64,000 nucleotides of DNA from Macrostomum lignano (lineage: Eukaryota), in contig NIVC01000438.1 in assembly GCA_002269645.1 (NCBI GenBank), forward strand, positions 624,272-688,271, given 5' to 3'. Numbering within the stretch: position 1 is the first letter of the stretch; each line of letters starts with the position of its first letter. Made by a program: the position numbers and the translations under genes. The notes beneath the pieces were generated by a model. It saw only the letters and a list, made by a program, of their open reading frames with translations. It was not told the DNA's origin and ran no database searches. Positions 51,627-64,000 of the stretch are shown in pieces.

Positions 51627-54518
51627 ATGTTGCTATTAAAATTGGTCCGCGTAGACATTCGAGAAGTCTTTGATCAGGGATTTCGTTTGGTCATAATTTT
51701 AACATTGTTTGTGAATTTCGTCTTGTTGCTGGCAATGCACATCTTCATGGTTCGGCCGCTGTACATGCTGTGCGGCCACGAGAACTTCAGTATTATCTCC
51801 AGATGGATGTTCATCAAGAACAGACCGAGCAACGTGTCCAACGCTTACTGGGAAATCAAGGCGTCCTGCTACATTTCTAATGTAAGTGCATGATTTCACC
51901 GAGTTTGCGGCAGTATATTAAGTTTGAAGTTTAGTTTAACCTCAACCAGAAAAACACCTTAGCTTCCTTTATTTCTTAACTAACCGATATGCTAAGAGTC
52001 GTAACTATTGGGTACGAGAGTATATGCTTTGAAGTTTCTTAGATTGTTTAATAAGCGTATTTTACTTATAATCCTACTTTTAGTAGAGCATCGAATAAAA
52101 GTTTAGCATACTTGTACTAGGTATTTTGGTTGTATTCGTATATTTGAATTTATAATTTTCTCAGCTTTTATGAATGGTATTTTGTGGCGGTCCAGCCTGT
52201 ATACCAGGTATAGGTCTTTAACATATCTACTGCAACTCCCCTGCAATACTAAACAGTAACTCAGACTGAAGGATGACGTACTCGATTTTCTTAGAAATGA
52301 GCTGGAGACCGATTAGGAAAGCGCATCTTTCGTATCGCTGAGTATTTTTACGACCGATTTCGTCCATTGCGTAACTCGATTTGGTGTTCTCTAGAGAGCA
52401 TATTAAACTCACTAGTGATACGACAAATATACTGTATGCGTTTTTGCAAAGGTCTCCAGCTCATTTCATCGGTAAATTGATACCGAATTTGAAATCTGAG
52501 CCGCTAAAAAACCGTAGAAGGGGCCAAAGTAGTTTGGTGGTAGCTTGTGACTCTTGTGCCACGACCAGTGGTTCAGTTCCGTTATTTATTTGGTTCTTTT
52601 CACGAAAATTGTCCTGAGGCCGAAGGCTGTCGAGTCAGCGGAATGGACAAAATTTCCTGAACGCTAGTTTCGGTGCCGCCGGAAGCGTTTCGCTGGGTTG
52701 CCAGCAGCTCTAGTGATAATTAATCTACTATTAAACCCCGCAGCAATAGATTTGGACTATTTAAATTTTGGATTTTTAATGAATAAACTCACCAATAAGT
52801 TTAATTTCGCTGTAAGATTCTATTTCTTATTAAAATAAGAAAGCTTGAAGCGCAAGCATCGAGTGTCAAAGGTTATTGAACTACGGATAGTCACGCCCAA
52901 CCAACTTGCAGGTCATGGACATCACTATCAGTGTATTTGTCCTGATGTTCACAATCTGTGCGGTAGTTGAAGCTTTCCTAACAATCGGCACACAGCGTCA
53001 GTTGCGTCGTCTGGATCAAAACGCCGCCGATGTTGCCGCTCTGCTAGACGATGGTGGAGATCGTCGGAGAGCCGACGCCGATGAGGAGGAGAACGGCCGG
53101 GAGGTCAGGAAGACCAGCACCCCTGATCCCGGCGCCATCGTCACCAGCTCTGGCGGGGCGCCAACCGGACACGCCATTGTGCGGCAGCGGATTCTCCGAA
53201 AGTATTCCTTCCGTGTGTGTGCGTGTGTATTAACCTACGGCTCGGGTCCCAGCCCGCCGAGGAAGGTCGACTCCAGGAAGGTGGACGTCTCAATTGGGTT
53301 GTTCCAAAGGTCACTAGGGCAGAGCGGCGTCGGATAGACAGGGCAGTCGAAAAGATGGACCACCGTTTGGGGCTCCAGACCGCAATCAGGACAGACCGCG
53401 GCGACGCCTGGTTTGATTCTCGACTGAAAATCCTGGAGAAGCGGGCAGAAACCGGAGCGGAGCTGCGCCAGTATGCACCGCATGCGGCGGGGGAGGCAAG
53501 TTTCGGAGCGATGGATCGCTGGCCGTTGTGTTTGAATAACACGGTTCTGTGGCAGGCTGTCCAGCATGGCCTGTACTGCCTGCGTATGCTGGGCCCGCCT
53601 GGCGCGATCCCAGGCAGCAGCGTCAAGGACGTCCGGGGCCGGAACCGGCGTCCAATCAGCATTAAAGTGTTCAGCCGTGAAGATGGAGGCTTTCATGAGT
53701 CTGCGCGGCGGCGGAAGGCCAGAAAGGTGGTGACAAGGGAGTTCAGGGCGTCTAGCGCGAAGCTTGAACTGGAGCGAAAGAAGTCGGTTGTGCTGGCGGA
53801 CGGTAAGCAACTGGACTTCACTATGAAGATCCGCTTCAGAGGTAAGGGCAGTGCAGCCGGTGATGCCGCGAATCGCTGCATTCTGGACCGATTGCAGCCG
53901 CGTCCAGGACGAGTTGGAGATGATAGGGCCCCAGACCGGAGCAGCATAGTCGAGCAGGCTTCTGCCTAACGCTTTGAAGGTGGTCAGCAAAAGTTCCTTG
54001 CAGCAGCCCCAGGAGGAGCCGGCGAGACAGCGTAGCAGGCAGTTCCTTTTCCGGGTTTTTTCCGCAAGAGTGGTAACGCTTCCAATGCAAACCGCTTTCG
54101 TCCGGCTTGCCGGCAAGTGGGAGCGACCATGTTGTGCCCTTGGGTGCACTTGGCAAATGGTTTGCAACTCCCTACACCAGGGTATTCCTTCCGTAGACTC
54201 TTCTTCCGAATGTCAATCTCTGTTGTGACAGCTTTCTTTGCATCCGCCAACTTCCTCAGCATTCTGGTGGTTGCTTTGATGTTTAGCATCGTAGAGTCCA
54301 CGCTAAATCAGCCGCTTCGTCAAGCCTACAAGCCGACTTTATTCACTCTGAAGTGGCAGATCATTATGTACTTTTTCCTCTCATTCTTTTTCTGTGGATT
54401 TCTCTGGTCAATGCAGGGCATCTACAGAGGTCAGGTGGATGGCATCTTGGAGCGTGCTCAGCGGATGGAGCAATTCCGGAAGATGAACCCAGACGAAGCA
54501 AAATATCTCATCTCTTAG
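51627..54518 (+). CDS. Uncharacterised 4-TM membrane protein; exon 1 51627-51881, exon 2 52912-54518 interrupted by a LINE (293 aa without the insert)
   Basis: AAT|GTAAGT donor and TTGCAG|GTC acceptor, both phase 0. Removing 53215-54194 joins RKYSFR to RLFFRMS in frame. Four hydrophobic helices. May be a disrupted allele or rescued by splicing. Confidence 0.75.
53215..54181 (-). mobile_element. 5'-truncated non-LTR retrotransposon (ORF2 C-terminus with CCHC finger), 13-bp TSD GTATTCCTTCCGT
   Basis: RSLLDYAAPVW...LQSVQNAAIRGITG; LAQLRSGFCPLL; CPDCGLEPQTVVHLFDC. Short (CA)-rich tail after the stop. TSD at 53202-53214 and 54182-54194. Confidence 0.93.
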
Positions 54519-55039
54519 CTGCATGCGAGATATGTAAAAGCCTTCGCAAACCATATAATATTAGTAGTTACAAGTTATTTTTACAGCACTTTATGTTGAA
54601 ATTACCTATAGTCATTATTTATCCACTGCTTCGAATAAGAATTAAATACAAGCGTGAATTTTAAAATGCCTACGGAGTACTTTTTTACCCTTAATCACTT
54701 CTGGTTTTAACTTTTTTAAATTGCCTACTAATATGCTTTTAAATTTGTTCAGAAAAATGTCAATGAATTTTCAATGACAGTAACAAAGGTCGTTCAGGAT
54801 CAAAAACATGACAGCAAAAGGATTTTCTGAGACAGTTCCCATGCGAACCTACTAGAAAAACTCCATTTTAAAAACTTATGAAACAGCTAAATCTGATTGG
54901 GGCGGCAATATTCCTCATTGGGATGTTTGCTGTAACCAATGAACTATCAGGCATTGCAATTCTTAAACCCTTAACAGTTTTGCGACAATAGATGAGCTCT
55001 GCTTTCCAGTCCTTTCAGAACAGTTCGGAGCGCACAAAA

Positions 55040-57065
55040 ATGCTCGTACCATCGGTCATAGTTCTCGTTTTTCTGAAGCTACCCGTTTCTCTGACAGCCA
55101 GCAGTTCCGCTTTTTATCAACTACTGGAGCAGTCACCGCGTCCTGCCTGTCAAGGCCGCACCGCACCAATCGAAGAGGTGGCTTCGGTAGAAATAGCCGA
55201 ACTGAATAACTCTCGAGCCTGTGCTTTGGCTTGCACCCTGGCTTTTGAAAACAATGACTCATGCTTTGCTTTCTACTTGTCCCAGTTCAATTCCTGCCGT
55301 CTGGTTGAATTTAACGTCCTGGTCAAGACGTGGCTTAACGCATCTCTCTGTCCCGAGTCAGTCTACACTATGCCTATGCCTGGTGAGTGCATGTACCAAA
55401 TATCTATCGCATACTTAATGGCACAGAGTTGAGCACGTTTTTATCAGTTTCTAATAGTTCAAACGTGCATCACCGTTGGCAGCTCAGCTGATCAAATTTG
55501 TTTAAATTCGAGCTGAACCAACCCAGAGCAGACTTGAGCTACTAGCGGTAATGTAAGCCGGCCTCAGTTGTCACAACCAAGAACTTGTCGGCACATTCGG
55601 CACGAACTCAAAACGACGACATAAAAATTGTGTTTACCGAGCATGTGACAGCATATAGACCTAGTAACACTTCAAAACTATTGACAGTTTAGTAGGCATG
55701 ACGATTGAGTGCCTAATTTCCCTCCAGCAATTACTACGCATATTGAGATGTTAGCAGATTTTCCTGATAAAATCTACAATTTTTAATCTTCTATGCTTCC
55801 AAACATACTTTTACGTTTGATACCTTAAAGATTATTATTTTACCTTACCCTTAGATCGTACACCCTGTCTACTGTATATGTGTCCTATCGTTCTACGAGC
55901 CATAACCTTTTGTGGGGAAACAATCTATCACGGCTAAAAATTGCATTATTTGCAGTCGAAAAATGCAATATTTGCTGAAGAATTTGTTTGACCAGGAAAC
56001 TTGAGCTACCAGTTTGAATGAAAATCGGAACATTCTTTAGGAAATTCAATTTCAGCATTGTTGTCAACAGTCTGCTCCTGTGAAGCAAGCCGATAAAGTA
56101 TTTTTTCATCTTTCATATTCATCGCTCAAATATTGACCAATCGATATCGAAAATATCTTTTCAGCAACGCGCATCTGAGAAAGCTATTCGTTTAAATACT
56201 CGTATTTTATATTAGGCTCAACTTGCAATATAAGGAACAAATACAGTAAGATTTTCAAGGGCTCTTACTCACATATGAGTATGTTTGGCGGCGGCCATCA
56301 TACACACCAGATGGAGGCACGGAGGTATTTGCTAGTGTGTACTCATACTTTGTCCATTTCTCGTGTTCCTTTTGTCGGTAGCCGGGACGCCCCTTGTGCG
56401 TCTGGTTGTAATAGAAAATAAGGCGATGGCGTACAGTGTGGCTGTTCAGCTCTCTTTTGTCGCAATAGAGGACAGATCCGACAACAAGCTTTTAAACTTT
56501 TGGCTAATGGCCCAAAAACGTGGCTCTGGTGATGATCAAGTACTCGTAATCATTAACCCACGGAGCTACTAGTGATAATGCGAACCGGCCTTAAGGTTTG
56601 ACCTTGCACAATCGAAAGCGTTACGCGCGCAATTCCAACGCTTATTCTAACCCATCAATTTCAGTTGAGACACGCATCAACCTGACCAACTGCCGGCAAA
56701 GCTCAGATCTCTGGGGCGGCGTCTGCTCCCGCCTCTTCGACGGCAATACTGATCAGAACTTTCGAAACGGTTACTGCAGCCACACGAGCGAGTCATCCAA
56801 CCAGTGGTGGCAGACGGACATTGGTCCGGGCTATTACGTCACCAAGGTTCAGATTTTCAATCGCCAGGACTGTTGCTCAGAACGACTCAATCAGCTTACG
56901 ATCAGTGTGGATAGCCTCCAGTGCGTCGAATTTATCACCTCCGTTCCATTCTTTATTCGCAACTTCACCTGCGGTCGCTATGGCAACGTTGTGAAAATTC
57001 AAACTCCACTAAGCAAAGGTCTGGTAATGTGCGAGCTGTACATCTTTGGAATTAGGGTTGCCTGA
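55040..57065 (+). CDS. Secreted PAN/apple + F-type (fucolectin/FTP) lectin; exons 55040-55382 and 56665-57065 (247 aa; upstream in-frame ATG at 54992)
   Basis: Hydrophobic signal peptide. PAN-like CALAC...CFAFY...CRL. FTP motifs LFDGN, CSHT, WW, and an exact HX26RXDX4R fucose-binding signature. Phase-1 GT-AG intron. Confidence 0.87.
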
Positions 57066-60038
57066 ACTAGCATGGAACGGATGGATAATAAATGGTACAA
57101 AAATATGAGCGTAACAGATTGAATTTTGGGCTCTTTGAGTCTACGTAATCTGCAAAGCCGTGATTGTCTATTTAAAAACAGATCAACGTTGATGAAAAAT
57201 CGTCAAATATTTCTGCACCATATCCTACAAATTTATATTACCTTCGAAAAGAGCTTTATATGAGTAGCACTTATTTAGTATGCAGATCTTTCTAGGCATC
57301 AGTTTAAAATGCTACTATTCTTTATATTTCTGCCGCTCGTGTTGTCACACTGCGATCGAGACAATGCAGTCTTGTTTAAGCAGGCGATTAGCCTACTTTT
57401 TTTATCAATATTATCAGATCAGATAAAAGAGTAACTTTCAATATTTCCTTACCTGTTATATCACTGAAATTATCTATAACTTTGACATATTTGTTTTAAT
57501 CAACCTTTTAGCTGACACACTGAATGCTGCATAAAATTTGTTTCGTCTCTACCCTCGTAGTTTAGTCAACTACTTAGCAGTAATACTTTTATTACCCGGT
57601 AAAACTGTAGTAATAAGCAGTGTGACCCAGAGATTTCCAAGATAAATACTCGTATATTCAAAAATACAAGGTTGAATCAAATTCTATCTAGAACATTCTG
57701 GCTGTTCCAAGGCAAAATATAGTTACTAATAGTTTGTAAGCTTGGACTCAATATTTTATGAGTCAATATCAGTTCCATAGCAATCTCGAGAACTACCGCT
57801 TTTACGTCTTATTAATTTAGCACCGTTATAATGCTTCAATTGGATTTTAGAATGCCAATAGTAAAAAACTGCTTTGCCCATTAACGCAAGAGATAATATT
57901 CATCTATCAATACTATGAATAATTGAAGCAGATAGCTTAGATAAATATAGATATACTCAGTATTGCTGGGAGAGTTTTAAAATAAACTAAGATTACCTGT
58001 TGCAGAAAGCGCGACCAACCGAACCAAACCGAATCTACAAGGATATCAGCACGGAAAAGTTTTTCTCGTTAAATCAGATTTCGTTTACTTTTAAGAAAAG
58101 TATGAATAAATTTACTGACAAAAATATTTAATTAAAAATCTAAGACAGAGAAAAGTTTGTTTTATTTAAAACTTTGATTTCAATATAATTAATAGCTTCC
58201 ATGGATTTGGATAAAAATGGCTACAAATTCTATTTTAGCTACTGCTTTTTCTCCTAATGTATACTCAGCAACATACAAAAGTTGCCACTCTAGCGAGAGA
58301 GCTGAGGGGTAGCTTTAATTCGTCCAGCCTTCGCACAGCGCTACCCCACTTCATTCCCCAACTCAAGTCTGCCTCGGCGTAGCTATAAGTTGTGCTGCTC
58401 GCAAAGATTGAGAGACTTTGCATGCACTCTCAAAAGTGGCGACCACAGATGGGATTTTCTGTGATGGCGACTTTTCGATGTATCTGAGTAATATTGATTG
58501 TATTCCTTTCAGTAAGAAAACTTTCTGGAAGTTCTCGCAAAGTAAATTACCTAGGAAAGTAAGGATTACTTAGGTAATTACATGGGCTTTTTTCAACTGG
58601 TTGAGCTGTTTTATTACCCAATTAACGTGTTGTAACGATGTTGATATTTAGTTGTTCGTAAATATTGTAATATGGTATTATTAATGTCTCCTTAGTATTG
58701 TATTAATTTATCTACTATTCATTAGCGAATTTTAAAGTTATTCAATACGTACGCTTAAAATTTGTTTTACGGTATCTTTCATGGAAATATTGTTTAAATT
58801 ATTTAAATATTTATTATTAAAAAGTAATATCTAAATTTTTTTATTTATTATTTATTATTTATTATTTATTATTATTTATTATTTATTGAAATAATTATTT
58901 AAAAGACTGTTAAATCGCGATTTTGCGCTAATCGGTCTCTTGTCTCGTGCTTTTCGGTTGGTCCGCCGCGTTGTGCCCGTTTGCAGTTGTTTAACATCAA
59001 AAAATTAACGGCGATAAAACTAAAAGTGTATCCTATCTCTTCAAATATATAGGATAAGACAAGTCAACTCGATTCGGCCGTAAGATTGTCTGATAATTTA
59101 TTATTGTGCATAGCCGTCAGTACCGAACTCAGAAGGGTCTCGTCACAGTGTCAAGCGTAATTCAGTTGGATCCTTCGTCCATTTATCTGCCGTGATACCC
59201 CCCCCCCGGTCCTTCACGATTTATGTGTTTCGTGCAGAGATAATGACGTCATGCTTTTTGTGTGAAACTAGATGACCCAAAGTTTTGAGCCAAGACTCGG
59301 ATGAGTCTTCATACTAATTAGTGCCAGATTAAACAAATGCATTGCTCTGCCAAGTAGAAAGCAGTGTGAAATCCTTCCTGCCGTGCAATCCACTGTTTGC
59401 TTTCTCTTATTTGCAAAAATGAAAGCAGAATCTGAACAAAGCAACGCCAGGCGTTGCACTCGCAATTCTGCAGCTGCTGTTGGTGGTGCTTCTGCAGGCA
59501 GCTCAACCGGTGAACTTGATCCCACCAGTCCCCGATGGCCAGCAGAGCGGAACTACTGAAACGGGCTGCAGCATCGAACAATTCGAGCCTCAGAGCGCCA
59601 TCTGGATGAACCAGTCAGCTGATCCAATTAGCCTATGGAAATCTGGGAACCGAACAAAACAACTTTGAGCCCTTCTTCTGACAAATCTTTGCTCCCCAAG
59701 AAAAATTTGGCCACCAACACAACAAAGAAGCAGCCTACTGAAAGCAATCGGATGCACCCCATCGTATATGCACGCCACTATAGTTCTGCAGGTTTTAGAG
59801 CTGGCCACCAAGGCATTCATTGAGCTGAGCAAATTCAACCAAGCCAAAGGCGGACACTGCTGACCAAAATCAGCTTTTTTCTTCAATGATTAAATTTTGT
59901 TGACGAATGATCGATTTTTTTAGATGACGACTGCGTTGCAGGTAAAATTGGCCACTGAGAAAGTTCACTAGCCTTCCTTGTGAGTCGTTTTGGTAATCAA
60001 TAATTTTTCTTCAGGGCGCCAAAATATAGCGCTTACGG

Positions 60039-60430
60039 CGCTAAAATGAGTTCCTGCGGCGCTAAATGAGTGTCTGAGGCGCTAAAATGAGTGCCTGCGG
60101 CGCTAAAATGAGTGCCTGCGGCGCTAAAATGAGTGCCTGCGGCGCTAAAAGAGTGCCTGCGGCGCTAAAATGAGTGCCTGCAGCGCTAAAATGAGTGCCT
60201 GCGGCGCTAAAATGAGTGCCTGCTGCGCTAAAATGAGTGCCTGCTGCGCTAAATGAGTGCCTGCGGCGCTAAAATGAGTGCCTGCTGCGCTAAAATGAGT
60301 GCCTGCTGCGCTAAAATTAGTGCCTGCGGAGCTAAAATGAGTGCCTGCGGCGCTAAAATGAGTGCCTGTGGCGCTAAAATGAGTGCCTGCGGCGCCAAAA
60401 TGAGTGCCTGCGGCGCCAAAATGAGTGCCA
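60039..60430. repeat. 21-bp minisatellite (GCTAAAATGAGTGCCTGCGGC)n, about 19 copies
   Basis: Direct reading. Confidence 0.95.
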
Positions 60431-60449
60431 AAATTAAGAAAACAAATTC

Positions 60450-61200
60450 TAAATTCTATTATTTCCTTTATATCGAACTGCCAATATGCTGCCGATCTCA
60501 TAACAGCATTGTATTTTATGTGGACTTTTCATGGTCTACTAACTTTTAGCTATACCCAAATCTCTATTCCTGGCTTTCCGTTGTCTTTTATTCAAGATTC
60601 AAATCTTAGATCCAATGTAGTTAATGCTCTTCACCTGTTCTAAACCTACACAGTTAACCTTCACATTCACCAACTGATTCTCCGTGAGCTCCTCTTGCCA
60701 ATCATCATGAAATTTACTCTTCTCAGTGCCAATTTCCATTCCGTATCTCTCGGTGGTTTTCTAAAAGCTTCTGTAAACATTTTTTCAGGCATATTTCTCC
60801 AGGACTTCAGAATCGTTATCAGCAAACCGGATATCATTTATCCGCCTCGCCGCGCATCTCGCGTCTCTACAATGGCCTTCAAGTGTTCCATGAATTTTCA
60901 AGAAACTATGTAAATAGGACAGGCTACAGCGTGCATCCTCTTCGTACATCGACAGTAGTCCAGAACCAGTGAGAACTTTAGATTTCGCTGCTTCGTACAA
61001 GCTCTTTATCAGAGCAGTTATCCCTTTCCCAAAATCAAACTTGCTCATTTTCCACGGTGCCTCATGGCAGACTCTACCAAATGCTTTCCTCATTTGCTTT
61101 CCTCTACCAAGTGATTTTCTCATCACCTTGAGTTCTGCCTTGATGCTATCTTCTCCCGGTGCCTTTTTCTGCTTCAGTTATTTGATGGTAGCTTCAACGT
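60450..61200 (-). mobile_element. Decayed, internally deleted RTE-like reverse transcriptase fragment
   Basis: VEATIK*LKQKKAPGEDSIKAELK, KAFGRVCHEA, LIKSLYE, RINDIRFADN, YGMEIGTEKSKFM; multiple frameshifts. Confidence 0.75.
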
Positions 61201-61379
61201 AGGAAAATACTCCTATAATAGGATCGATAAATAGGAAAATACACAGTCGCCTAAAATTGCTTGCAAAAACAATTCACAAAAAACTAACTTTTTTTAATAA
61301 TCAACAACATAAAATTGTCGCCACCTTTGAGAGTTCGCAGTAAATCCGGCTCAGTATCAGTAGCTCAGTAACGGCGGAC

Positions 61380-62010
61380 GACCCAACCACACGAAAGTCG
61401 ATCATTTGGCCGAAACGCGACTGACCCGAATACGTGTCCGGTTCGTGCGATGGAGATTACCTGGCAAAAATACCAGATGACGTCGGTTGTCTGTGGCCTA
61501 AACCGCAGAACGAGGGTTTCCATGGAAGGTTTCTGGTATCACAAGAGCCTTGTACTCGCAAACACTGCTTAATGAGTTCATGAAGAAATTGTGTGAGCTG
61601 GCGGACTGAGCAATCGTGCGCCACCAATCATTGCATACGCGCCTCCGTTGTAACCAACTTGATGGAGGATGGCGTCAGCGTTTCCGAGATTCAACCGTGA
61701 CCGGTCACAAACGAGCGGAGAGCGTTGAACATTACAACAAGAGATTGAAGTTCTCCAAAAAAGTCAACCTATCCGAGCAATCAGTGGGCGACTCTCTGCA
61801 CTGCGGAACAAACCCTGGCATCGGCTGTCAGAGCGCCAGCAACGCGGGAGCAAGTTCGACTGCTGGATGCATCGTACTGTCACAAAATACGACTGCGTTG
61901 GGCATGCTGGGTCAATTGTAGCTAACCAAGGCGTATCGATTGGTGCCAACCAGGCGAGCGTTTTTGAGAACTGCAAATTTGAGATTGCACATTCAATTAC
62001 ACCACGCTAA
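61380..62010 (+). mobile_element. Decayed Crypton-type tyrosine recombinase remnant
   Basis: Frameshifted CPVRAM...YLAKIP...LWPKP...FWY...FMKKLCELAG...TNHCIRASVVTNLMEDGV...VTGHKRAESVEHYNK, i.e. HxxR...H...Y catalytic residues, with a C-terminal VFENCKFEI. Confidence 0.75.
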
Positions 62011-62546
62011 CTGACAGATGTAACTATTGAGGTAACTATTGATGAACTCTCACCACATATCATTTTGAGCTTCCAAGCGTTATTTACTGAATTATTTCGT
62101 TTACTTCGTGTTTCATTCCTGTTGTATTTGGTCTTGTGTTTGTTGGCAGTGAAATATACAGTGGCTATAAGTGATGAATTGAATATAATTAAAATATGCT
62201 TCAACCATAGACAGTGACGGCAGACAAATGTAGAGCGTTTCAATCGCGTTTCAACCCAGGCAGCCTACCCATAACCGTTTATCTGCACCAATGCAAATAA
62301 ATGAAATTTACACTGAGACCATGGACGTTCGCCCGGGCAAGTGGAGGATACATAAAAAGTGAACACGCACCAAAATCTCGAGGTTCTCGAGGAAACCAAA
62401 AACGATGTACCAATAAACGACAGAAAATATAAGAGTGGACAAGAGATTTTAAGCGCAAGATCAATAAATTTTTGGTTTTTTACTGTCCGAAAATGTTCCG
62501 TTAAAAAGAGTCCGTTTATTTGGCAGGATTAATCGGCATTTTAAAT

Positions 62547-63504
62547 TCAGTGGCCAAAAAACTCAATTTCGCATATATTCACTGCTTGCGACTGGGTGCT
62601 GTAGACCCGGAACCTGCTTCCAATAGCGTTGCAGGTAAAATTGGCCACAGAGTAGGAAACGTCGACGCGGTGGCACTCGACACCGTCCATTCTCAGCGAG
62701 AGCTTGTTCATTCGGCTAGTGCAACAGTCATTCCTATTGTAGATGGTGACGTACGAGACAAACACGGCGTTTGAAATTGAGCTTCAAACCATTGATCAGC
62801 AGTATTTACAGTGTGGCTGCATGATTGTCCAGAAAATTTTGGATTTGTGTCACCGTCTATAGCTCGCTCGCAAACGCCGTTTAAGTAATTGCTGCTTTGA
62901 GTACATCCTACGGCATTAAGCTTCACGATATCTAAAATGATAGAGAATAGTTTGCACGCGCGTTGCAGAATAAAATTATACGTAAATAGCTATTTATTTT
63001 ATTATGACCGATGCAGATATAATTTAATACAATTAAATTACGTAGATATAATTATAGATTCAAGCATCGGCTCGGCCTTGAAAAAAAGACAAGTGCATCC
63101 AAAGTAATCTTTTTCTCGTCTTATTTGGCCTTTCCAAGTCTATTTGGGGTAAACTTCTATAAAAGAAAATCCCCTAGCTCACCGGGCATCGGTAGGACGT
63201 AAATCGACTCCGGACAGTGCGCAGTGTCAAGCCAGCTCTTTATGAAAGCGTCATATCTAACTAGTCGGCACCAGTTCGATTTCGTCATGTAGAAGCCGAA
63301 GCACCACCTCGCCGTAGCCACAGTGCAGGCCAAGGCGCAGGCCGCTGCGTTGTTCAGCCCGACCGGGTTCGACGCCACTTCAGGCGCAGGACTCGAGCTC
63401 GAACAGTCAGGAACAGGCGACTTTTGGAGAAGCTCGTAGCCACTAGAGCTCGTGGTGAACAGAGCGACCTGAGCGATCAGCAGAAACAGCAGCAGCGCTG
63501 GCAT
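62547..63504 (-). pseudogene. PAN/apple + F-type lectin paralogue with a 1-nt frameshift; exons 63504-63183 and 62931-62547
   Basis: Same architecture and intron position (MPG|) as 55040-57065. The frame changes at ACG CC|GTG TTT near 62766; restoring 1 nt gives HX26RXDX4R. Pseudogene or assembly indel. Confidence 0.8.
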
Positions 63505-64000
63505 TTTGGGAGCCGGTTGTATGAAGCATCCAGGAAAACTTAGCTACTTACTTTATATCAACGTGAATGTAGCATCATGTGATTGAAAAAATAGCTATTT
63601 GATAAAACTAGCTATTGTTTTGAGTTCTTTTTTGAGAAGATTTTAACCGGCATGTGGCTGGATTATTTTACACAATGAACAAAAACATAATATGTTTTTT
63701 TCCCGGACTTGTATTGTTTAAAGCTACCGGAACAGCACGTAGGTGAAATTCGCTCGCCAGTGGCTCAGTTTTATAAGGATTTATTGTGTCTTAGAAGTGC
63801 TTTTGGAGTCAACAGAAAACAATTGCGTAAAAAATTTTTTTTGAATTTGCTGCTTACTGACAATATTCTGTGGTGTCATGGAAATGACAGTTTTTTAAAT
63901 CGCAGAAATTCTTTTAAATGCGTAGAAAAAGTTGCCTATTGTTTTACTGGTACCTTTTACATCCAGTAGCACTTCCGGGTGTATGGAAGTGACAGGAAGT

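Noticed and set aside
53217-53969. 250-aa plus-strand ORF
   Set aside because: Antisense shadow of the GC-rich LINE ORF2, with no recognisable domain.

Overview
Eukaryotic (metazoan, invertebrate-like) genomic DNA with spliceosomal introns and abundant micro/minisatellites. A free-living flatworm such as Macrostomum is plausible from style alone but is unproven. Host genes: an ankyrin-repeat gene (first exon only), a 3-exon AP-3 delta subunit (AP3D1), two tandem 6-exon SLC23/NAT nucleobase transporters, a single-exon aminergic-type class A GPCR, an unidentified 4-TM protein gene with a LINE in exon 2, and two convergent PAN+F-type (fucolectin) lectin genes, one frameshifted. Mobile DNA: a full-length 8.4-kb Ty3/gypsy LTR retrotransposon (790-bp LTRs, GTTA TSD, tRNA-His PBS, PPT, -1 frameshift signal), several LINE fragments, a Crypton-like tyrosine-recombinase remnant, and TIR/foldback elements. 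Top observation: the LTR element carries, in the env position, an extra ORF starting with a complete DnaJ/Hsp40 J-domain (HPD motif). The ORF track missed it because of one internal TAG. Second: the LINE in the 4-TM gene is bounded by GT...CAG such that splicing would restore the frame (+4 aa), a candidate newborn intron. All counts are by-eye; no database searches were run.
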